The notes under the pieces are model-generated. The model did no database searches. It was not told the origin of the DNA and was given only the letters and a program-made list of their open reading frames with translations. From Patescibacteria group bacterium (GTDB lineage: Bacteria > Patescibacteriota > Patescibacteriia > UBA9570 > JAHJKD01): a stretch of 64,000 nucleotides of DNA. Location: the NCBI GenBank assembly GCA_018822435.1, contig JAHJKD010000050.1:1531-65530 (forward strand), written 5' to 3'. Both the position numbers and the translations under genes were made by a program. Below, one piece after another: positions 8,513 through 17,115 of the stretch. Numbering within the stretch: the stretch's first letter is position 1; each line of letters begins with the position of its first letter.

Positions 8513-9190
8513 ATGCAACCATCGCAAGCTCGTGAAATATTGGCCCAAGTTAAGGCTGATTACGATAAAATTGCCCCTCATTTTGCTCAAACCAGGGCAC
8601 AAGGCTGGTCAGAATATGAGGAATTTAAGCCCTATTTAAAAAAAGGCGACGAAGTCTTGGATTTAGGCTGCGGCAATGGCCGTCTTGTTGAATTCCTAAT
8701 TCCTCTTGGAATTAAATACACAGGCTGTGATAATTCTAATCAATTATTAAAATTTGCGTCGGAAAAATATACTGACACCAAATTTGTCGTCGGTGACTTC
8801 ATGCATCCCCCTTTTGAAAAAGAAGAGTTTGATGTGGTCATGGCCATTGCCAGCTTGCATCATGTTCCTTCAGGGGAATTACGCCTGAGAGCCTTAAAAG
8901 AAATTTATCGTATTTTAAAACCAGGTGGATATCTGCTTATGACCAATTGGTATCTTTATCAAAAAAAATATAAGAAGTATATTAAAAATAATAAGGGCAA
9001 AATGGACAAAGGTGACGCCATAATCCCCTGGAAAGACAAATACGGAAATACCCAAGCAGAAAGATATTACCATGCCTTCAAACAAAAAGAGCTCAGCAAG
9101 CTAGCTAGGCAAATCGGTTTTAAAGTTATTTCCCAAAATATGAACGAATCAAAACAAGAAAGAAATATTGTCAGCATTTGGAAAAAATGA
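8513..9190 (+). CDS. Trm9/ALKBH8-like class I SAM-dependent methyltransferase
   Basis: 225-aa ORF. YDKIAPHFAQTR, LDLGCGNG, FDVVMAIASLHHV...RLRALKEIYRILKPGG, AIIPW and RYYHAFKQKEL align block by block with yeast Trm9 (YNEIAPHFSQTR, IDVGCGNG, FDFAISIAVVHH...GG, VFVPW, RYYHLYREGEL) as I recall it. Confidence 0.75.
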   Translation: MQPSQAREILAQVKADYDKIAPHFAQTRAQGWSEYEEFKPYLKKGDEVLDLGCGNGRLVEFLIPLGIKYTGCDNSNQLLKFASEKYTDTKFVVGDFMHPPFEKEEFDVVMAIASLHHVPSGELRLRALKEIYRILKPGGYLLMTNWYLYQKKYKKYIKNNKGKMDKGDAIIPWKDKYGNTQAERYYHAFKQKELSKLARQIGFKVISQNMNESKQERNIVSIWKK

Positions 9191-9232
9191 TATAATATTT
9201 CTCAGAAATAATTAAATAAATAAATATAAACT

Positions 9233-10603
9233 ATGACTTTTCGGAGGATCAAATGGTTCAGTATAGGCACCCTTATCGGGTCCCTTTTAGTACTGGCCCT
9301 ATCCATTCCTGTTTTAGCACAGGATAACACCAACGAAGAACCCTTAATTTCGCCTGATACGGAAACAGTATCAACTGATGCTACTGCTACCACTACTGAT
9401 GGTTCAGATGCAGTCGAAGAAGTGCCCGAAATCGTACCTATTAGCGCCGAACTTGGAAACGAAACCGTAACTGACATTGATTCTGATGTAGAAGAAACTG
9501 AAGTGCTCGGGACAACTACCTTTAAAACTGGTGAGACGGTAAACGTAACTGGCACTTATGATAATGATGTCATTGTCGCCGGAAACAACATAACTATTGA
9601 TGCTGTTGTTGATGGTGATGTTCTTGCCATGGGCGGAACAGTCACGATTCGGGGCCGCGTTGAAGGCAATATTCGCGTGATGGGTGGAACTGTAAATATT
9701 GAGGGTGAAGTAGCCAAAAATGCAACTGTCTCTGGCGGTTGGATCAATGTGGCTAACACTGCCAAAATAGGAAAAGATGCCATGTTCTGGGGCGGAACTG
9801 TAAATATTGACGGTGAAATCACTGGCAGCTTATTTGGCGGAGCCGGAACAGTTACTTTAGACGGAATTATTGGAGGAAATGTTGATGTTGAAGTTGGTTC
9901 TTTGAATGTTGGCAGTAAAGCCAATGTCACCGGCGACTTAAAATATAACGCTGGCCAAGATGCTTCCATTAGTTCCTCTGCGACAATCAACGGTGAAACA
10001 ATAAAAGTGGATCCAGCCACTGCCACTGATGATGCTGATACTGTAAAAAAAGATGACTCTAATTTAAGCAAGCAAATCGGCTGGAAACTTGTCTGGTGGG
10101 TTAGCAATCTGCTTCTCGGCTTGCTTCTAATTTACGCTTTCCCGAAATGCGTCAAAGGCACAGGCAAAGCTATGTTTGCAAAGGCCGGTCATTCTTTCCT
10201 CTGGGGCTTGCTTGTCTTATTTGTCACTCCGATCGTCCTACTAATTCTAATGGTTACAGTTATTGGCATTCCAATTAGTATAATCGGCTTTATCGCTTAC
10301 GGCATCGGCATTTATCTGGCCTCTATTGTTTTAGGCATCGCTCTAGGTAACAAGATTTTGCCAAAAATGGAAAATCCAATCCTCCCTATGGTTATTGGTG
10401 TAACTATTATCTATATTCTTGGCTTAATACCCTTCCTAGGTGGATTAGTCGGCTTTGTGGCTGCTCTCTGGGTACTTGGCGCTTGGATGGTTTATATTAA
10501 ACAAAAAAAAGAAGCCCAGAAAGAAATGAAGATGGAAGAGAAAGAAGAAAAAAAGCCTGCCAAGAAAATTTCTAAAAAAACAGACGCTAAAAAGAAGAAA
10601 TAA
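9233..10603 (+). CDS. Membrane-anchored protein with bactofilin-like (polymer-forming, beta-helical) repeats
   Basis: 456-aa ORF. N-terminal signal/anchor, then repeated G(D/N)V...V.I.G.V.G units, four C-terminal TM helices and a Lys-rich tail. Confidence 0.65.
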   Translation: MTFRRIKWFSIGTLIGSLLVLALSIPVLAQDNTNEEPLISPDTETVSTDATATTTDGSDAVEEVPEIVPISAELGNETVTDIDSDVEETEVLGTTTFKTGETVNVTGTYDNDVIVAGNNITIDAVVDGDVLAMGGTVTIRGRVEGNIRVMGGTVNIEGEVAKNATVSGGWINVANTAKIGKDAMFWGGTVNIDGEITGSLFGGAGTVTLDGIIGGNVDVEVGSLNVGSKANVTGDLKYNAGQDASISSSATINGETIKVDPATATDDADTVKKDDSNLSKQIGWKLVWWVSNLLLGLLLIYAFPKCVKGTGKAMFAKAGHSFLWGLLVLFVTPIVLLILMVTVIGIPISIIGFIAYGIGIYLASIVLGIALGNKILPKMENPILPMVIGVTIIYILGLIPFLGGLVGFVAALWVLGAWMVYIKQKKEAQKEMKMEEKEEKKPAKKISKKTDAKKKK

Positions 10604-11949
10604 TGAAAGAAAAAGTGAACGAAGGAATTTTCAAAGCATACGATATAAGGGGGATTTACCCCGATGAAATAAACGAAAACACGGCCTATTTACTGGGCCG
10701 TGCTTTCGCTGTATTTGCTGATTCCGATACAATTCTGGTCGGTCGCGACATGCGCACGTCCGGTAAATCATTAGTTAACGAATTTGCCCGCGGCGTTGTT
10801 GACCAAGGCAAAACCATAATTAAACTCGGCTTGATTTCCACTGACGCTCTTTATTTTGCGGCGGGAAAATTAGATGCCCCTGGCGCTATGTTCACGGCTT
10901 CCCACAATCCGCCAGAATACAACGGCATTAAATTTTGCAAAGCCGGAGCTGAACCTGTTTCCGACGAAACCGGCCTTAACGATATCCGCGACATGGTTCT
11001 TAAAAATGATTTTCCAGAAGCAAAAAATAAAGGCAAACAAGAAGAGAAAGACATTCTCCCTGATTATGTAAAACATGTCTTATCTTTCGTGGAAGAAAAA
11101 AAACTTGGAAATCTTAAAATAGTGATTGACGCCGGCAATGGCATGGCCGGAAAATTAGCTCCCATGGTATTTGATAAAACTCCCTGTGAAATCATCCCTA
11201 TGTATTTCGAACTGGACGGCACTTTTCCCAATCATGAAGCTAATCCTATTAAACCTGAGAACGTTCAGGACCTTATTACCAAAGTAAAAGAAGAAGGCGC
11301 TGATCTTGGCCTGGCCTTTGACGGCGATGCTGACCGGGTTTTCTTTATTGACGACCAGGGCAACCGCGTTTCCAGTTCTTTGATCACGGCCATGGTGGCT
11401 GACCAGGTTTTGGAAAAAAATCCGGGCGCTTCTATTATTTATAATGTCCCGTCATCCAAGATCGTCCCGGAAATAATCGAAAAAAAAGGCGGCATCGCGA
11501 TTTTAGAAAGAGTCGGCCATTCTTTCATTAAAGAAACGATGAAAGAAAAGAATTCCATCTTTGGCGGCGAACATTCCGGCCATTTTTATTTTCGAGACAA
11601 TTACAGAGCTGACAGCGGGTTAATAGCCGCCTTAATAGTAATAGAAATCATCTCTCAAGCTAAAGCCAAATTTTCTGAACTTTTAGCTCCTTATGCGAAA
11701 TACAATGCGATAGAAGAAACCAATTTTGAAGTTTCAGACAAAGAAAAGGCTCTGGCGGCATTAAAAGAAAAATATAGCAATGCCAGAATAGAAGAAATCG
11801 ACGGCATCACTTTCCATTATGATGATTTTTGGTTCAATGTCCGGCCTTCTAACACTGAACCTGTCATCAGGCTAAACCTTGAAGCAAATACAGAGGAGTT
11901 AATGAATGAGAAGACCAAAGAAATTAGCGGCTTCTTAACCAGCGTATGA
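10603..11949 (+). CDS. Phosphomannomutase/phosphoglucomutase (alpha-D-phosphohexomutase)
   Basis: 448-aa ORF with active-site TASHNPPEYNGIKF, metal loop FDGDADR and GEHSGH. Confidence 0.9.
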   Translation: MKEKVNEGIFKAYDIRGIYPDEINENTAYLLGRAFAVFADSDTILVGRDMRTSGKSLVNEFARGVVDQGKTIIKLGLISTDALYFAAGKLDAPGAMFTASHNPPEYNGIKFCKAGAEPVSDETGLNDIRDMVLKNDFPEAKNKGKQEEKDILPDYVKHVLSFVEEKKLGNLKIVIDAGNGMAGKLAPMVFDKTPCEIIPMYFELDGTFPNHEANPIKPENVQDLITKVKEEGADLGLAFDGDADRVFFIDDQGNRVSSSLITAMVADQVLEKNPGASIIYNVPSSKIVPEIIEKKGGIAILERVGHSFIKETMKEKNSIFGGEHSGHFYFRDNYRADSGLIAALIVIEIISQAKAKFSELLAPYAKYNAIEETNFEVSDKEKALAALKEKYSNARIEEIDGITFHYDDFWFNVRPSNTEPVIRLNLEANTEELMNEKTKEISGFLTSV

Positions 11950-13469
11950 AAATAAAGCGACCCATCGTGCTCACCATCATGGATGGCTGGGGTATTGGCA
12001 ATGATGATGCCCACAACCCCATCTTTTTGGCTGATACGCCTAATATTGACCATCTTCTGGCTACTTATTCCAATACCATTATTGGCGCGGCCGGAGAATT
12101 CATCGGCCTGACTCCGGGCCATCAGGGCTCATCAGAAATCGGTCATCTTATTATTGGCGCTGGTCGCAATGTTTTACTGCCTCAAACTCAGATCAAGCAA
12201 GCTACTCAAAATGGCGATATTAATAAAAATCCTGCTTATTTAGATTCACTAAAAAAGCGAGAAGAAAATAATAGCAATTTGCATATTTTTGGATTACTGT
12301 CAGATATGGGCGTGCACGCTTATGATGAAACCTGTCACGCCCTGCTAAAACTAGCTCGTGAAAAAGGCGTGCCTGACGAAAAAATATTTGTTCATGTCAT
12401 TGCGGACGGCCGCGACGTTATGCCCAAAACAGTTAATACTTTTTTGGACCGTTTAAATAAAGTCGGTATTGGCCGCATTGCTGATATTCAGGGCCGCTAC
12501 TTCTGCATGGACAGAGATCACCGTTGGGACCGGGTTGAAAAAGCTTATGATCTTTTCACGTCTGGCCAGGCCGAATTTAAAGCTGACGATGCTTACCAGG
12601 CAGTTGAAGCAGCTTATGAGCGTGGCGAAACTGATGAATTCATCAAACCCACTCTTATTATAGAAGGCGGACATTTTCAAGATAATGATGTTGTTTGGAA
12701 TTTTAATTATAGAGTAGATAGAGAAATTGAAATCACCGAAGCTTTAATTGAACCTGACTTCAAAAATTTCTTACGCCCTGTCTGGCCGCAAATTAATTAT
12801 GTTGCCATGACAGATTATTATCAAGGCATCACCTGCCCGGTCGCTTTTCAAAGAGAAGAACCAAAAAACACATTAGGCGAAATTTTAGCAGATAACAGCC
12901 TGACCAGTTTTCGTTGTACGGAAACGGAAAAATGGCCTTATCTCACAAAAATATTCAACGGCCTCCGTGAAGATCCCTTCCCAGGTGAAGTAAGAAAATT
13001 ATTTCCATCAGATAAAGTCGACACGTACGATGAATTGCCAGACATGCAAGCTATGAAAATTGCCAAAGCCGTCAGCCAGCACCTTCATGAAAAATCATTT
13101 GACGTTTATATGATCAACTTTGCCAACCCGGACATTCTCGGCCATACCGGCAACAAGGACGCCATCATGCAAGGCATTCACACAGTCGACAAGGCTCTCG
13201 GACTTATTTATGAAGAACTACTAAATATGGACGGTATCATGCTTGTCACCGCCGATCATGGCGATGCTGAAATTGTTTATGATAAAGAAAGCGGCCAACC
13301 CCATACTTCGCACACTGATTCTCATGTTCCCTTTATCTATATTGACGAAGAGAATAAAAATGCTACTCTAAGAGAAAATGGTGCCTTACAAGATGTTGCT
13401 CCCTCGATTCTTAAATTATTAGACATTAAAAAACCCAAAGAAATGACAGGTAAATCAATAATCATATGA
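11946..13469 (+). CDS. gpmI: 2,3-bisphosphoglycerate-independent phosphoglycerate mutase
   Basis: 507-aa ORF with iPGM hallmarks (VLTIMDGWG, GSSEIGH, NFANPDILGHTG, TADHGDAE). Its start overlaps the preceding stop. Confidence 0.93.
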   Translation: MKIKRPIVLTIMDGWGIGNDDAHNPIFLADTPNIDHLLATYSNTIIGAAGEFIGLTPGHQGSSEIGHLIIGAGRNVLLPQTQIKQATQNGDINKNPAYLDSLKKREENNSNLHIFGLLSDMGVHAYDETCHALLKLAREKGVPDEKIFVHVIADGRDVMPKTVNTFLDRLNKVGIGRIADIQGRYFCMDRDHRWDRVEKAYDLFTSGQAEFKADDAYQAVEAAYERGETDEFIKPTLIIEGGHFQDNDVVWNFNYRVDREIEITEALIEPDFKNFLRPVWPQINYVAMTDYYQGITCPVAFQREEPKNTLGEILADNSLTSFRCTETEKWPYLTKIFNGLREDPFPGEVRKLFPSDKVDTYDELPDMQAMKIAKAVSQHLHEKSFDVYMINFANPDILGHTGNKDAIMQGIHTVDKALGLIYEELLNMDGIMLVTADHGDAEIVYDKESGQPHTSHTDSHVPFIYIDEENKNATLRENGALQDVAPSILKLLDIKKPKEMTGKSIII

Positions 13470-14203
13470 TAGGAATCTTTGACTCCGGTTTAGGAGGATT
13501 AGGAATTTTCAAAAAAATCAAAGCCATGCTTCCGGATGAGGATATTTATTATTATGGCGATACCGCTAATATCCCTTATGGTGAAAAATCTCCAGACGAA
13601 TTAAAAGGCCTGATTACTGCTGGCTTAAAATATTTAGAAAAAAAAGGCGTGAATATTATTGTAATTGCCTGTAACACGGCTTCTGTTTTGGATACTACTT
13701 ATTTTCGCCGCCAAGTTAAAATTCCAGTTGTTGCGGTCGTACCGGTTATAAAAACTGCTTCCAATCAGTCAAGAAATAATAAGATCGCCTTGCTGTCCAC
13801 TAAAGCCACCGCCATAAGCCCTTACACGGATTACCTTATAGAAGAATTCGCCCCAGAAGCCGAGGTCAAAAAAATTGCCTGCTCTGGCTGGGTTGAAGCG
13901 ATTGAAAAAGGCAAGGTCTCTGACCACCGTTTAAATTCTTGCCTAAAAAAGGTCGATGAAGAAGACGTTGTCGTGCTCGGTTGCACCCACTACACTCTTA
14001 TCAAAGGCGATATCCAAAGATTGCTCGGTCCCAATAAAATCCTCCTTGATTCCAATGAAGCTGTCGCCCGCCAAGTTCTTCGTGTCATGAACAAAGAAAA
14101 ACTTTACCAACATATAAAAAAGCCGAGATATATTTTCGACGCTTCCGGACATAAGAAAAAATTCCAGAAAATGGTTGATAGGTATTTAGAGGAGATAGCA
14201 TAA
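13466..14203 (+). CDS. murI: Glutamate racemase
   Basis: 245-aa ORF with IGIFDSGLGGL, IACNTAS and LGCTHY motifs. Confidence 0.92.
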   Translation: MIGIFDSGLGGLGIFKKIKAMLPDEDIYYYGDTANIPYGEKSPDELKGLITAGLKYLEKKGVNIIVIACNTASVLDTTYFRRQVKIPVVAVVPVIKTASNQSRNNKIALLSTKATAISPYTDYLIEEFAPEAEVKKIACSGWVEAIEKGKVSDHRLNSCLKKVDEEDVVVLGCTHYTLIKGDIQRLLGPNKILLDSNEAVARQVLRVMNKEKLYQHIKKPRYIFDASGHKKKFQKMVDRYLEEIA

Positions 14204-14287
14204 TTTCACGCCCCCAATAAATTGGTGGCCTGAAATTATATTATAGTATATTAGCCAAGCCCCGAATTTATTCGGGGTATTGGCTAA
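14202..14287. repeat. Double-hairpin intergenic repeat, copy A
   Basis: AATTTCAcgCCCCCAATAAATTGGtGG...CCAAGCCCCGAATTTATTCGGGGTATTGG. A second copy lies at 41058-41140. It sits between convergent murI and murD. Confidence 0.8.
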
Positions 14288-14289
14288 TT

Positions 14290-15576
14290 TTATTTTATCT
14301 TTTTGACTTCCTTCACAAACTGTTCCCCTCTCATAAATTCATTCATGACCGGCAACCAAGTCAAGCCAGGCGATAACAATATCACATCGCCCTCTTCGGA
14401 AAGCTCCCAGGCCTTTTTTACCGCGTCCTTCATGTCCACGGCTTCCAGGCCGGCGGGCAGGTCCTTATTGGCGTTGCCCGGCAGTAAAATCAAGATCTTG
14501 GCTTTCTTGGCGATCTCCTGGCTGAACTGCTTCAGATCTAATCCCTTGGAATTGCCTCCGGAAATCAGGATAATGTCATTTTCAAACGCACTCAAAGCCG
14601 CCACCCCCGCGTCCGGGCTGGTCGCGGTCGTGTCATTATAAAATTCCCGGCCCTGGTGTTCCCGCACCAGTTCCAGGCGGTTAGGCACGCCCCGGAAATT
14701 CTCCACTACCTGGCGCGCCGCCTTTTTCGACACCTTAAATATATCCGCCACTCTCATGGCCGCGTCGGCATTGGCCAGATTATGCCTGCCTTTGATGTGC
14801 TTGGGCGTGAAATCGATCTCTGTAAAATAATAGCCATAGGCCGGCGTATGATGGATCATCTTGTTTACGACCGGATCACGCCGGTTCAGCACGACATAAT
14901 CATCTTCGGTCTGATTTTTTAAAATATTTTCTTTGTCTTTCCTATACTCCGCCATAGATCTATAAAAATTCAGGTGATCAGGCAGTAAATTTGTCATCAC
15001 GGCCACATTAAATCTTTCTTTCTTCAGTTCATGCAACTGGAATGAAGAAACTTCTAAAACCACAATATCTCCTTTTTTTATATCATCCACAAAATTCAGG
15101 GGCGAATTGCCGACATTGCCTCCGATCCAGACTTTGTTCTTAAATTTCTTCCTTAATATCTCATAAATCAAAAAAGTCGTGGTCGTCTTACCCCGCGTGC
15201 CGGTCACGCCTACGACTTTTACGTCCTTGTCTTTTATTTCATTGAAAAAGAGAGAGAGGTCATTCACGATCGGGGTGCCTTCTTTTCCGGCCACGGCCAG
15301 ATATTCCGAATCCCAATGCACGCCCGGGTTCCGCACTACCAGATCCCGGCCTTTAAAATCTTCTTTCCTGTGTTTGCCTAAGACTAGCTGGATATTTTTA
15401 AATTTTTTCAGCTGATTTATTGTGCTGGGGTTTAATTGCGACTTTTTTTTATGATCTGTCACAATAACGCGCGCGCCTTTTCGCGCCAAAAACCGGGCCG
15501 CGGAAAAACCAGAGCCTTTTTCAATGACCCCGAGCCCCATGACCGTGATTTTTTTATCTTTATATGAATCAATCAT
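14290..15576 (-). CDS. murD: UDP-N-acetylmuramoylalanine--D-glutamate ligase
   Basis: 428-aa ORF with Mur-ligase P-loop GVTGTRGKTTTT and a C-terminal Mur ligase domain. Confidence 0.9.
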   Translation of the reverse strand: MIDSYKDKKITVMGLGVIEKGSGFSAARFLARKGARVIVTDHKKKSQLNPSTINQLKKFKNIQLVLGKHRKEDFKGRDLVVRNPGVHWDSEYLAVAGKEGTPIVNDLSLFFNEIKDKDVKVVGVTGTRGKTTTTFLIYEILRKKFKNKVWIGGNVGNSPLNFVDDIKKGDIVVLEVSSFQLHELKKERFNVAVMTNLLPDHLNFYRSMAEYRKDKENILKNQTEDDYVVLNRRDPVVNKMIHHTPAYGYYFTEIDFTPKHIKGRHNLANADAAMRVADIFKVSKKAARQVVENFRGVPNRLELVREHQGREFYNDTTATSPDAGVAALSAFENDIILISGGNSKGLDLKQFSQEIAKKAKILILLPGNANKDLPAGLEAVDMKDAVKKAWELSEEGDVILLSPGLTWLPVMNEFMRGEQFVKEVKKIK

Positions 15577-16573
15577 TTGCTACTCCCAGGCCCACGACTT
15601 TCCTCACATTCTCCATGGTCGGCTGTGCCAGCTTGGCCGCTTCTTTAGCCCCATTCGTTAAAATCTTTTCCAGCTTAGGCTGATCATCAATATATTCTTT
15701 ATATTTTTTCTGAATCGGTTCAATAAATTCCACCACGGCTTCGGCCAGGCCTTTCTTGAAATCGCCATAACCTTTGCCCGCATATTCCTTTTCCAAAGAT
15801 TTTATATTTTTTTCCGTCACCAGCGAATAAATAGTCAACAAATTAGAAATCGCCGGTTTTTTCTCCTCGTCAAATTTCACCTCTGACCCGGAATCTGTCA
15901 CTGCCTTCATGATCTTCTTCCTGATTTTGTCCGGTTCATCGGTCATGGCAATGTAATTATTTCCACTACTCGCTGATTTGCTCATTTTTGATGTCGGATC
16001 ATCTAATCCCATAATTCTGGCGCCCACTTCCGGCAACAGTGCTTCCGGCTCTTCAAACACCTGGCCATATTTATTGTTCACTCTATGGGCAATGTCCCGT
16101 GTCAGCTCGACATGTTGTCTCTGATCTTCGCCCACTGGAACTTTATTGGTCTGATATAAAAGAATATCCGCTGCCATCAAGGCCGGATAAGTGAATAAAC
16201 CAGCATTAATATTTTGCTTATGCCTTTGTGATTTATCTTTAAATTGCGTCATGCGCTCCAATTCACCCATTTGCGTATTGCAATTCAGCACCCATGCTAA
16301 TTCTGTATGTGCTGAAACATCTGACTGCACAAATATAATCGCCTTTTTCGGATCTAATCCTGACGCCAGATAAATCGCCGCTAGTTCTCTGATATTTTTC
16401 TGCAGTTCTTCCGGCTCCTGCTGTACCGTAATCGCATGCATATCCACAATGCAAAAAATGGAAAAATATTTATCCTGTAAATCAATCCATTGTTTGATCG
16501 CACCAAGATAATTTCCTAAGTGAATTACACCGCTAGGTTGTATGCCTGAAAATACTATTTTTTTATTTGTCAT
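15569..16573 (-). CDS. trpS: Tryptophan--tRNA ligase
   Basis: The track ORF (15569..16903) carries a 110-aa extension running through the neighbouring GC island. The conserved protein starts at MTNKKIVFSGIQPSGVIHLGNYLGA (ATG 16573-16571) and contains KMSKS. Confidence 0.92.
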   Translation of the reverse strand: MTNKKIVFSGIQPSGVIHLGNYLGAIKQWIDLQDKYFSIFCIVDMHAITVQQEPEELQKNIRELAAIYLASGLDPKKAIIFVQSDVSAHTELAWVLNCNTQMGELERMTQFKDKSQRHKQNINAGLFTYPALMAADILLYQTNKVPVGEDQRQHVELTRDIAHRVNNKYGQVFEEPEALLPEVGARIMGLDDPTSKMSKSASSGNNYIAMTDEPDKIRKKIMKAVTDSGSEVKFDEEKKPAISNLLTIYSLVTEKNIKSLEKEYAGKGYGDFKKGLAEAVVEFIEPIQKKYKEYIDDQPKLEKILTNGAKEAAKLAQPTMENVRKVVGLGVAND

Positions 16574-16596
16574 AAAATAATTATACAATAAAAAAT

Positions 16597-16619
16597 ACCG
16601 TCTATCAAGCAGACTTTTT
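16597..16619 (+). terminator. Conserved hairpin family, degenerate copy 0
   Basis: ACCGTCTATCAAGCAGACT plus a T-run. It keeps the CTATCAAGC loop region of the family. Confidence 0.45.
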
Positions 16620-16690
16620 CCTTGACTATATCTCAATAAAAAGCTAAAAATACCCCACCACCCGTACCACCACCAAGGAGGAAAAAATCC

Positions 16691-16948
16691 ATGAAAGCGA
16701 GAATCATCGACCCTGGCACAAATTCTTTGGTCCTCTGGCTCATAGTCGAGGTGAATGAAGGCGAAATCGCCATCAAGCCCAGTAAAGGGGGGATCGAAGT
16801 AGCTGTGTTCGTCTCCGGCTGGTTTCCGGACACAATCATCGGGGAGACTGAGGTGCCGGAAGATTTGGTCGAGAAGGCAGTCGCCCATCTCCGGACCAAG
16901 CACGAGCTCGACCAGCTGGCCAACCAGCTCAAGGAGATCCTGCGCTGA
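16691..16948 (+). CDS. Hypothetical 85-aa protein; GC-rich island gene
   Basis: SD AAGGAGG lies 9 nt upstream. TTGACT-N17-TAAAAA(T) promoter at 16622-16651. GC-ending codons. Followed by an imperfect GC hairpin (about 16950-17000) and family hairpin copy 1. Confidence 0.6.
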   Translation: MKARIIDPGTNSLVLWLIVEVNEGEIAIKPSKGGIEVAVFVSGWFPDTIIGETEVPEDLVEKAVAHLRTKHELDQLANQLKEILR

Positions 16949-17026
16949 GTGGAGGGGGCGGGCGGCGGCTCATCAAAAAGCTGCCGTCCTCCCTCCAATC
17001 TAGTAACAATCACTTCATATAAAAAC

Positions 17027-17053
17027 GGCCCGCCTATCAAGCGAATTTTTTTT
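17027..17053 (+). terminator. Conserved hairpin family, copy 1 (right arm degenerate)
   Basis: GGCCCGCCTATCAAGCGAA followed by T8. Confidence 0.5.
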
Positions 17054-17115
17054 ATTCTTGTAAAAAAAGGATTTTTGTAGTATAAAGGAACCACCTAAGT
17101 ATTTACTTCAAACAT

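Noticed and set aside
15577-16690. A T-box leader upstream of trpS.
   Set aside because: Less than 120 nt separates the trpS start from the neighbouring island gene. No specifier/antiterminator-like structure or T-box sequence is visible.
16574-16903. A 110-aa N-terminal extension of trpS (track ORF 15569..16903), and the 153-aa ORF 16633..17094.
   Set aside because: The extension runs through the promoter, SD and coding sequence of the opposite-strand GC island gene and is Trp/Pro-rich nonsense. Conserved TrpS begins at MTNKK (16573).
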